A stretch of DNA of 64,000 nucleotides from an uncultured Planctomycetia bacterium (GTDB taxonomy: Bacteria > Omnitrophota > Gorgyraeia > Duberdicusellales > 4484-171): assembly GCA_964629655.1 (NCBI GenBank), contig CAZVQU010000002.1, forward strand, positions 396,878 to 460,877, read 5' to 3'. How positions within the stretch are numbered: position 1 is the stretch's first letter; the number at the start of each line of letters is the position of its first letter. The notes under the pieces are model-generated. The model did not search any database and was not told where the DNA came from. It saw only the letters and a list, made by a program, of their open reading frames with translations. Positions 34,756 through 44,500 of the stretch are shown here, in pieces. The translations under genes were made by a program, and so were the position numbers.

Positions 34756-35682
34756 TTATTTAGTTTTACTTTCCCAATCCAATACCTTCCTGGCTTCAAC
34801 AATCCAGTACTCCACTCTCACTGCATCTTTGGCATCGGGACGAACTTCAAGGTAAGCCTGATAATGCTCAATGGCTTTTCTTTTATTAATCAGATGCTCA
34901 TCATAAAGAATAGCCAAGTTATAGTGGACGTCGGCATCGTTCGGCGCCGCCTCTAAGGCCTTTTTGTATTCGATTAATGCCTTTTTGTATTTCAAATCTT
35001 GGTCGTAGGCAAGGGCCTTATTGTAATGATGTTTTAAAGCTTGTTTCCGAAACTTCTCGTCTTCCAAGCTTACCGAATCTAGCTGATCACTTCCCTTGCC
35101 CCCGGCAATCTTGAATTCAACAATTGTCTGGCTGCTTTCATCTAATTTTTCTAGGAGTTCTTTATTCTTTTCTATTGATTCTTCTAACTTTACCTCAGCA
35201 TTCTTCACCTGTTCCTCTAGCGCCTTTTTGTCAATAATAAATTCCACCATTTTTGAGTCGGCTTTTTTCTTAAAATCTTTCTCTCTGGATTCAACTTTAA
35301 GCTCATATAGCTTAATCTGCTTCTGATGTAATTTTTTTATCTCGGCTAAGGCGTCTTCTAAATCTTCTTTTCCGGCGGCTAAGGCCTCTTGCTGCTTCAC
35401 GAGGCTTTCTTTGGTCCGGATAATTTCTGCGATTTGTTCTTTCTGCAAAGCCATCTTGCTATTCAAACTTTCTTTTTCGGTAACAAAAAGAATATTCTTC
35501 TGATTCGCTTCAAGAAGCTCAATCTTTGCATCCTCTAGGCCCCGGCTTTTATCTTTTAGGTCTTGCTCTAAGAGCTTCACTTCGTCTACTAACTTGTTGT
35601 TAGCCATATAGACACTAACAACCAGCCCTGCGCATATTACCACTAATCCAATTCCTATACCTAGCCACTTGTTTTTATTCAT
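34756..35682 (-). CDS. Membrane-anchored coiled-coil protein with C-terminal TPR (short paralog, 308 aa)
   Basis: N-terminal TM, ~190-aa coiled coil, TPR (PNDADVHYNLAILYD). ATGA overlap with the secretin stop. Confidence 0.85.
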   Translation of the reverse strand: MNKNKWLGIGIGLVVICAGLVVSVYMANNKLVDEVKLLEQDLKDKSRGLEDAKIELLEANQKNILFVTEKESLNSKMALQKEQIAEIIRTKESLVKQQEALAAGKEDLEDALAEIKKLHQKQIKLYELKVESREKDFKKKADSKMVEFIIDKKALEEQVKNAEVKLEESIEKNKELLEKLDESSQTIVEFKIAGGKGSDQLDSVSLEDEKFRKQALKHHYNKALAYDQDLKYKKALIEYKKALEAAPNDADVHYNLAILYDEHLINKRKAIEHYQAYLEVRPDAKDAVRVEYWIVEARKVLDWESKTK

Positions 35683-37406
35683 TCTTTCTCCGGTTTCCTT
35701 GTTTTTCCATGGTTTTTCAAATAAAGCAGCTCTTCTTTTCCGGTTATAATATGCGGAGTGAGAAATACTACTAATTCCTTCATCTCCTTGGTGTTATATC
35801 TAGATTTAAAAGCGTTTCCCAAAACCGGAATATCGCTTAAAAAAGGTATCCTACTTTCAGAATCACTTATAGATTCCTTAATCATTCCGGCAATAATTAT
35901 CGTCTTCCCGTCTTGGATCAAGACAGTTGTCTCAGCATTAGATGTGTCTACCTCGGGCAGGCTAATTTGTGCTACTCCATCTTCATCCAATATCTCAAAC
36001 CAATCTATTAGTGTGCTAACTTCAGGTTTAATATGCATCTTTACTAAATCATCTTGATAAATCGTAGGCGTAACAGCAAGGGTTACGCCGACATCCACGA
36101 ATTCTGCAGTCCAGGAAGTAGTAGCTGTAGTTTCACTCTGAGAAACTGTGCTGGTAGCATAAGGCTGGCGCGTACCGACCATAATCGTAGCCTCTTCATT
36201 ATTACAAACAGCAATATGAGGAGAAGAAACAATTTTAACCTCACCGACCTCTTTTAAAAAAGTAAGAATCTGTTGAGTCCTGGTAGGGTCTAATCCTCCA
36301 GAATTCCAAGCTTCTGAAGTTGTCCCTTCGCCGGTATAAAATCCCTCTCGCCATTGCCCTACAGAAACCCTGCCATAAGAACTTGTTATCCCCGAAGCCG
36401 GGAAAGCACCTACAAGCTTTATATTCTTATCTGTAGTAGTAAACAGTGACTCCCAATTTACGCCAAAAGAATAATCATCACTTAAGGTTATCTCGACAAT
36501 CTTTGCTTCAATAAATATTTCTTTTGGCGGAGTATCGAAAGTAACAATCATCTCTGTAATCTCTTCAATCTTATTAGGCAAATCATTTACAATTATTTTA
36601 TTTGTCCTCTCATCGGCGCGAGCAGAGCCAAAACCTTCGGTCAAGACTGCAGTTACCTTTATTAGGATATCCGCAGCCTTAGAATACTTTAGCTCAAACA
36701 CTTTGGTAGTCGTAGGCGATGTTTTTTTAATAATACCTTCATCGAGACTAAACGCAGCTTTTTCCATTTCTCTTATCTTCTCCGGCGTATCTATTAAGAT
36801 AAGGCTGCCGGTAGCGTCGTCCATAATAATCTTACCGATAGAACTTTTAATGTTTGTCAAAGCCTCTCCGGCTTTTGTCGGCTTTATATACTTTAACTTC
36901 AAAGTCTTAACTTCTCCCTTGTTGGTATATTTCTCCCCATAGAGCGCTTCATACTCTGCCTCAGTCAATATGGTAATAATGTTTTTCTTTTTTTCACAAG
37001 CCAGTTTATTAGTAAGCAAGATTACATCCAGTGTGTCAGCGATAGTTACATCTTTTAGAAACAGGGTTATCCTTCCAGAAACATTTTTACTGGTAACAAT
37101 ATTCAAACCGCCTTTCAGTGATAAAAACTTAATAGTATCAACTATATCCATACCCCGTAAATCCAGCGATATTTTCTTAGCCAGGCCTTCTTCCATAGTA
37201 AGAGGGACTTTCTCAATATCCGAAGACTTATCGGTTAAGTCTTCTCCGGTGATAAGAGAGGTTTCGAGATCCAAAGACTCCTCAGTAGGTGAAACCGTCT
37301 CTTTAGAAGCAGCTGAAGTAGTCTCCTCAAGAGATTGAGCCTGTCCTGCTCCAGCGACTAAGCCAACAACAACCAATATTAACACTATCCAATTTATCTT
37401 TCTCAT
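35679..37406 (-). CDS. Secretin (PilQ/GspD family), copy 1
   Basis: Signal peptide; N0/STN domain (ISLDLRGMDIVDTIK); N3-type domains (DERTNKIIV); IEAKIVEI; VDVGVTLAVTP; IPFLSDIPVLGNAFK...ELVVFLTPHII secretin signature. Confidence 0.95.
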   Translation of the reverse strand: MRKINWIVLILVVVGLVAGAGQAQSLEETTSAASKETVSPTEESLDLETSLITGEDLTDKSSDIEKVPLTMEEGLAKKISLDLRGMDIVDTIKFLSLKGGLNIVTSKNVSGRITLFLKDVTIADTLDVILLTNKLACEKKKNIITILTEAEYEALYGEKYTNKGEVKTLKLKYIKPTKAGEALTNIKSSIGKIIMDDATGSLILIDTPEKIREMEKAAFSLDEGIIKKTSPTTTKVFELKYSKAADILIKVTAVLTEGFGSARADERTNKIIVNDLPNKIEEITEMIVTFDTPPKEIFIEAKIVEITLSDDYSFGVNWESLFTTTDKNIKLVGAFPASGITSSYGRVSVGQWREGFYTGEGTTSEAWNSGGLDPTRTQQILTFLKEVGEVKIVSSPHIAVCNNEEATIMVGTRQPYATSTVSQSETTATTSWTAEFVDVGVTLAVTPTIYQDDLVKMHIKPEVSTLIDWFEILDEDGVAQISLPEVDTSNAETTVLIQDGKTIIIAGMIKESISDSESRIPFLSDIPVLGNAFKSRYNTKEMKELVVFLTPHIITGKEELLYLKNHGKTRKPEKE

Positions 37407-38056
37407 ATCAGTTCGATCTCCCCTCCCTCAAAGCTCAAAATAACTCGATCTTTTAAAATATCTTCTATCTTAAACTTATTGATCTTCATACCTTTCTTAA
37501 GAAAGTATGTTTTCTTAGTCTTGCTATCCTCAATCATTGCCACTGGATCTTTGCTCCAAGATATGCCTACTAAGTCTAATTCTCCGATCATTTCCTGCAA
37601 CTGTTTTTTTTTAACTTCCTTATTACTTTTAGTTTCCTTGAGCGCTATCGGACTAAAGATGTTCCTACGGTTAACCATTTCGAAATAATGTAAGAACGGA
37701 CGGGCCTCGGATACCTCCTTCTGCTCAGACTGCCTCCATTTCATCAACCGGCTCTTTTCGTAAACTGCTTTTATATCGGGACGGCCGAAAACAAAAGCCA
37801 CTACTGCATAGCCTAGAAGAACCACCGATAGAACAAAAAAAACTCTGTTTAAAGTCTTCAAGTTAGGGTCTCTCAAACCCTTGATTAATCTTGTCAAGGG
37901 CCGGCTTATGCCTTTGGTCAAAAAACGCCAGAAACCTTTTAGGCCGCTGAAATTTAAAAACAGCTTCTTTTTCTGTCTGAATTTTGCGACTTCGTCGCCT
38001 TTGTCTATCAGCCTTAATAGCTGTTCTTCAGGAGTAAATCCTTGTTTTGCCATCAT
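37403..38056 (-). CDS. GspC/PilP-like inner-membrane secretin partner
   Basis: TPEEQLLRLI N-terminus, one TM helix, RNIF motif and C-terminal LVGISW...AMIED...YFLKKG...IEDILKDRVILSF typical of GspC-HR/PilP domains. Overlaps the secretin start (ATGA). Confidence 0.75.
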   Translation of the reverse strand: MMAKQGFTPEEQLLRLIDKGDEVAKFRQKKKLFLNFSGLKGFWRFLTKGISRPLTRLIKGLRDPNLKTLNRVFFVLSVVLLGYAVVAFVFGRPDIKAVYEKSRLMKWRQSEQKEVSEARPFLHYFEMVNRRNIFSPIALKETKSNKEVKKKQLQEMIGELDLVGISWSKDPVAMIEDSKTKKTYFLKKGMKINKFKIEDILKDRVILSFEGGEIELI

Positions 38057-38151
38057 AATTTTGCCCTAGAGTTAACGATTTCTCCTATGATTTTTTTATC
38101 CCCAACAGATTCATTTTCCTTATCTAAACCAAAAATCTGATAGTAACCCAT
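38053..38151 (-). pseudogene. 32-aa collapsed mini-ORF MGYYQIFGLDKENESVGDKKIIGEIVNSRAKL (ExeA/GspA-like N-terminus remnant)
   Basis: Its ATG overlaps the MerR stop (TGATG) and its TGA overlaps the next gene's ATG. The first 12 residues resemble the M.YY..FGL.KEPF start of ExeA-type AAA ATPases. Confidence 0.6.
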
Positions 38152-38392
38152 CAAATGCCCTCTAACTGTTTTCTAATTAAACGTAAAGGATAACCTTCAT
38201 TCATAAGCCGGGTTATCTTAGCCAACCTTCTTCTGACCTCAGCCTGATTATACATCCGCACATTGCCTTTTTTGGTTGCTATGCGCAAAAGGCCGAAATT
38301 AGTGTAGTGATTAACAGTCTGGTAAGTAATGCGGTACTTTTTTGTAATCTCCTGGGCTGATATTAGCTTACCATCCATATTAGCTTTTCCGT
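38114..38392. repeat. 279-bp direct repeat, copy 1 (partner at 47231-47509)
   Basis: Base-by-base comparison shows no differences from ttttccttatctaaacc to tagcttttccgt; offset 9117 bp. Confidence 0.92.
38151..38378 (-). CDS. Small MerR-family (BldC-like) HTH protein, copy 1
   Basis: 75 aa; ISAQEITKKYRITYQTVNHYTNFGLL...GNVRMY...GYPLRLIR winged HTH with no effector domain. Confidence 0.88.
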   Translation of the reverse strand: MDGKLISAQEITKKYRITYQTVNHYTNFGLLRIATKKGNVRMYNQAEVRRRLAKITRLMNEGYPLRLIRKQLEGI

Positions 38393-38417
38393 ACTTTCTT
38401 AGGTATTAATATACTTA

Positions 38418-38460
38418 TGGTAACTACAATAGATATGGTTATCATTGTATATACTACAAC
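38418..38460 (-). promoter_or_regulatory. Conserved operator-like element upstream of MerR copy 1
   Basis: TGGTAACTACAATAGATATGGTTATCATTGTATATACTACAAC aligns without gaps to 47681-47723, although flanking DNA differs between the two copies. Confidence 0.5.
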
Positions 38461-38533
38461 CTTCTTATATTACCACAGCCTTTCGCTTATTCTCTCCGTG
38501 GTGTTTATCGCTTAGACCGAATCTAGACAATGA

Positions 38534-41500
38534 TTAATCCCAAGAATCCCACTCTAAGGCTTGGCGGGCCTTAATTATCCAACCAGCCACTTGCGACTCA
38601 TCTTCAGCAACAGGCTTGAGATCAAGGTATTCCTGATAATGCTGGATAGCCTTTCTTTTCTCATTTAGATGGTCATCATAGATAAGAGCTAAATTGTAGT
38701 GGGCATCAGCATCGTTAGGGTTAATTTTCAACACCTCTTCATATTCCATGGCAGCTTCGTGATACCTTTCGTTGTAGTCGAGTTCGAAAGCCTGGTAATA
38801 GTGTTGGCTGAGAAGATTCTCATCTATCTCTTCCTCCTTTTTGAAAACTTTTTCTTTGATCATCCGAGCTTGAGACAAATTCTTCCACTGCCTCGTCTTC
38901 TTTCTCTTCTCAGATAATATTTCCTTCATTTCTTGGTTAGCCCGGGCAGCATCTCGTTCGGCCTTTTCTATTTTGGCAAACTCCTTTTTCCTCTTAGCTT
39001 CCAACACTTCCATCTCAAGTCCCCACTTTTCTTCACCCCAATCACTAAATTTCTTATGCAAAATTGTAAAAGAGGTTTTAAGATTTCCGAATGCTGTGTT
39101 TACTAGAGTCTCCTGATCTTTGATATCTTTAAGGTTTTTCTGTGCAACTTCTAAATCATTCTGGATAGGAATTATCTCTTTTTCAACATCTTCAAGACTT
39201 TTGCGGATCTTCGGCAACTTCACTTGAAGTGATTTTTCTTTTTCGTTAAGTTTTTCTAATCCTGTTTCTTCTTCCTCCAGGGATTTACCCAAATTAATTA
39301 TTCTCTTTTGCGATCCATCAATTTCTGCCTTTTTTTCTGAAATTTCAAATTCCAATTGTTCCTGCTTTCTACCTAATCTTGCTACTTTCGTCTCTTGGTC
39401 TTCAGTCAGTTTATTGAACTCATAGATATCTACCTTAATTACCTCTCTTTCTCTTACAAATTGGTCAGCCTTTCTTTTAAAATCTCTCTTTTGAATCGTA
39501 AGTTCTCCCAACCGGCTGGTAGAACCAGCTAGGCGCACAGCCACCTCTTCTATTTCCTTTTGAATTACCCTCTCATCTTTCTTCAAGTTATCGAGCTCAA
39601 TCTTAAAAGCCTTCTCCTGCCTACCTAGCTGCTCTTCCTGAACCCAGGTTTTATCGATAAGGCGATTTATCATAGTTATTTTTTGTTGGGATCCCCGACG
39701 CCGGGAGGTTATCTCAGAGAGTTTGTTTTCCTGAATCTGTTCATCCTTGTCTAGAAAAATGAGCTTTTCTTCAGCTTCAGCTAAAGAAGCGGTGGCCTCA
39801 ATTATCTGGTTGGCCAAAAACTCTTTTTCAGTATTAAAGCTCTGAAATTCCTTATTGATCCGGGCTTGTTCACGGACAAATCCATCTTGTTTCTTTTTCT
39901 CCTGATCGATCCGGGAGGATATCTGGGAGATGCTCAGATCGAATCCCAGGGTTGCATTCTTGAATTCATCCTTCTGCCGGGATATTTCTTCTTCCCTATT
40001 AAGCTTCTCTTGGGCCAAGTCTTTTTGAAACCGACTTATCTTAACTTGTGACTCTTTCTGGAAAACTAATATCTGATTAAGTTCGGATTTAAGGGCTTGC
40101 TGTTTTTGGATTAGCTCACTAATTTTTACCGTATAACCTTTTAACCCTTTTTCTCCGGCCTCGATAGCGCCTTTTAAATCTTGTTGTTGAGTAGTTAGGG
40201 TTATGATCTCTTCGGTCAAGGCGTTCTTTTCTAAAGATAGTTTATTTTGGAAGGATTTTTCTTGGTTGAAGGAACGAGATGTTTTCTCTATTTCGGCCTG
40301 GATATCTTCTCTGCTTTTTACCACCGAATCCATCTCAGCCTGAAGAAGTTTCTCCTGTCTACTTAGCCGCTCTCCGGCCTGCTTATTCTTTTTTAAACCA
40401 GTGAGCTTTTCTTTAGCTCTAGCTAAAGAAGCGATGGCATCAGTTATCTGTTTGGCCAAAATCTCTTTGTCAGCCTTAAAGCTATTGAATTCCTCATTGA
40501 TTCGGGGCTGTCGGCGGATAAGCTCATCTTGTTTCTTTTTCGCCTGGTTAATCCGGGATGATATCTGAGGAATATCCATACCAATAAGTTCTATATTCTT
40601 TTCTATCCCTGATAGAGTAACGATAAAAGCTTTTTCCCTTTCTAAAGATTGGGATTGCTCTTGCTCTGCCTGCTCTTTTTGAACTAAAAAGTCTTCGCTC
40701 TTGTTTTTAAGAATTTGTAATTCTTTTTGCAATAACTCAAGACGACTGGTCAGCTTTTTCTCTTCGGATACAATCTCAGCTTCCTCAACCTGAGCTTTAT
40801 CGATAAGATCACTTAGCATAATTATCTTTTGTTGGTATTCCTGACTCTGGGAGGCTATCTGGGAAAGTTTATCTTTCTGAACTTGTTGATCCTTTTTAAA
40901 ACCAGTGAGTTTTTCTTTGGCTTTAGCTAAAGAAGCAGTGGCATCAGTTATCTGTTTGGCCAAAATCTTTTTGTCAGCCTTAGAGTTATGAGATTCCTCA
41001 TTGATCCGGGTTTGATTCCTAGTAAGCTCATCTTGTTTCTTTTTCGCCTGGTCGATCCAGGAGGATGTCTGGGAAATATCTATGCCAATAAATTCTATAT
41101 TCTTCTCTATCTCTGATAAGGTAATGACAGAAGCTTTCTCTCTTTCTAAAGATTGGGGTTGCTCTTTTTCAGCCAAGAAGTCTTTATTCCTGTTTTTAAA
41201 AGTTTTTAATTCTTTTTGTAATAACCCAAGCCGCCTGGTCAGCTTTTTCTCTTCGGATACAATCTCAGCTTCCTCAACCTGAGCTTTATCGATAAGATGA
41301 CTTAGCATAACTATTTTTTGTTGGTATTCCTGACTCTGGGAGGCTATCTGGGAAAGTTTATTTTTCCGAGCCTGTTGATCATTCTTTAAAACAGTGAGTC
41401 TTTCTTTAGCTTTAGCTAAAGAAGCAACGCCTTCAGTTATCTGTTTGGCCAAAATCTCTTTGTCAGCCTTAGAGCTATGAAATTCTTCATTGATTCGGTT

Positions 41501-44500
41501 TTGATTCCTAGTAAGCTCATCTTGTTTCTTTTTCGCCTGGTTGAACCGGGAGGATATCTGGGAAATATCTATGCCAATGAGTTCTATGTTCTTTTCTATC
41601 CCTGATAGAGTAACGATAAAAGCTTTTTCTCTTTCTAAAGATTGGGAAGCCTGAATTTTTTTATCATCAATGTCATTAAGGATATCTACTATTTCCCTCT
41701 GTATAGCTTCCCTATCAGTAGTAAGTTTTGTAAGAGCGACTCTTTTATCAACTTCTTTTTCAGGGCTAAGTTTAGAAATTTTATCCTGCATTTTTCGTTC
41801 TTGAATAACAATCTTTCTTTCAGCACTCTTTTTTGTTTTTAAAAGGGAACTCAACCTTTTCATTTCATCCTTGCCTACTTTTCCTAAAATAAGAAGCACC
41901 TCAGCTAGTCCTGCTTCTGAAGTTTCTCTATTGCCAATTAATACCTGCCTTGCATTTCTCTTTTCTTCCAACAGCGCCTTCAATTTTAACAGCTTAATAT
42001 TGTTGTCTTTAATCTCTGACTTTATACTGGAAATTTTTAGCTTAGTAGAATCTTGATACGCAGAAATATCTTTATTAGCAGCTTGATGGATTTTTAATGT
42101 TTTATTCGCTTCGTCGATTTGACTTTTAATATTTTTTTCCGTACGAGTTAATCTTATCTCTTTTATTTTTAAAGAATCTTTAGTAATACTTAACTCACCG
42201 TAGGTATCTTTAGCTTCGGCAAAAAGATCTTTTAGCCTAACGATTTCGGCCTGGATATCTTCTCTGCTTTTTACCACCGAATCCATCTCAGCCTGAAGAA
42301 GTTTCTCCTGTTTACTTAGCCCCTCTCCGACCTGCTTATTCTTTTTTAAAACAGCGAGCTTCTTCTCAGCCTCAGCTATCTGTTTGGCCAAGTCCTCCTT
42401 CTCACCATCGATGTCATAAAGCTCCTCACTAATTCGAGGTTGTCGACGGATAAGCTCATCTTGCTTATTTCTTGCCTGGCTGATCCGAGAGGATATCTGG
42501 GAAATATCCATGCCAATGAGTTCCATATTCTTTTCTATCCCTGATAGAGTAACGATAACAGCTTTTTCTCCTTCTAAAGATTGGGATTGCTCTTGCTCTA
42601 CTTGCTCTTTTTGAACCAAGAAGTCTTTGCTCTTGTTTTTAAGAGTTTGTAATTCTTTTTGGAATAACTCAATCCGGCTAGTCAGCTTTTTCTCTTCGGA
42701 TACAGTCTCGTCTTCCTGAACTTGGGTTTTATGGATAAGGCGCTCTAGCATAGTTACTTTTTGTTGGTGTTCCTGACTCTGGGAGGCTATCTCGGAAAGT
42801 TTATCTTTCTGAACTTGTTGATCCTTTTTAAAAACAGTGAGTTTTTCTTTAGCTTTAGCTAAGGAAGCAGTAGCTTCAATTATCTGGCTGGCTAAAATCT
42901 CTTTATTGGTATTAAAACTATGGAATTCCTCACTAATACGGGGTTGTCTCCGGATAAGCCTATCTTGTTTCTTTTTCGCCTGGTTGAGCCGGGAGGATAT
43001 CTGGGAGACGTCCATATCAATGATTTCTATATTCTTCTCTATCCCCGATAAGGTAACGATAACAGCTTTTTCTCCTTCTAAAGATTGGGATTGCTCTTGC
43101 TCTACTTGCTCTTTTTGAACCAAGAAGTCTTTGCTCTTGTTTTTAAGAGTTTGTAATTCTTTTTGCAATAACTCAAGCCGGCTGGCCAGCTTCTTCTCTT
43201 CAGATACAATCCTAGACTCCCGAACCTGGGTTTTATAGATAAGGCGGTCTAGCATAGTTACTTTTTGTTGGGATTCCTGGCTCCGGGAGGTTACCTGGGA
43301 AAGTTTATCTTTCTGAACCTGTTGATCATTTTTTAAAACAGTGAGTTTTTCTTTGGCCTCGGCTAAAAAGGTAGTACCCTCAATTATCTGGTTGGTCAAA
43401 TCCTTTTTCTCAGCATCGATGTCATAAAGCTCCTCGTCAATCCGGGTTTGTTGCCGAGTAAGCTCAGCCTGTTTCTTTTTCTCCTGGTTGAGCAGGGAGG
43501 ATATCGGAGAGATGCTCAGATCGAATTCCAGGGTTGCATTCTTAAAATGCTCATCCTGCCAGGATATTTCTTTTTCCTTATTAAACTTCTCTTGGACCAA
43601 GTCATCTTGAAACCGTCTTATCTTAGCTTGTGATTCTTTCTGAAAAGTTAATATATGCTTCAGGCCGGATTCAAGGGATTTTTTCTTTTCCTTAATTAAA
43701 ATATTTCCTTTAGCTTGCTCTTTAGCTAAAACATTTATCTCTTCCTTTATCTCACCTATTCGCAGCTTGATATTTTCCTTTTCCTGTCCAAGAGAAACAA
43801 GGACTTCCTGAGTATTTTTATAGCCTTTAGAAATATTTTCTAGATGTGACTCCTCATCCTCTAACAAATCTTCTTGTTCTAATATCTCGCTTTTTAAAGC
43901 AGCTTTTTTACTGTCCACTATTGAAAGCTCGGCTAAAACCTCTCTTTGTTCTTTTAAAACCTTTTCTTTTTCCTGATTTTTTCCACTTATGTCGCTTTTT
44001 AGACTCTCTATCTCTTTCTGGATAATTCTTTCCTTTGAAAATATTTTTAGAGACACATGGCCTTTTTTTTCTTTGGTTTTAAGGATATTTTGTTGTTTAT
44101 CAAAAAATTCATTTTCAAGAAGCTTGACTGTTTTCTTAATATCTCTTATTCGTTTTCCTAAATCTGCAATTTCAGAATTAACCCTTAAAAGCTCTAACCC
44201 TGCTGGCTTTGCTCTTTCCTCCAACCTTGTCAAGAGTTGCCTTTCTTTTTCTAAGGAATTCTTAACATTCAATATGTTGGTTTCTGTATTTCTCTGCTCA
44301 GTAATATTTTTCGATATCTCTGCTACTGTTTCACTTTCTTGCCACAAGAGGTTTTGCTTAACTTTTTCTTTCTCGCCTAAAGCAGAATAAATATCTTCAA
44401 CCACGTCTCCAGCTAATTCTTTATCTCTCTCAATACCCATTAATTGTAGTGTCAGTTCTTTCTCCTGTTCATCCAATTCTTTTTCCTTCAAAGACCCTTC

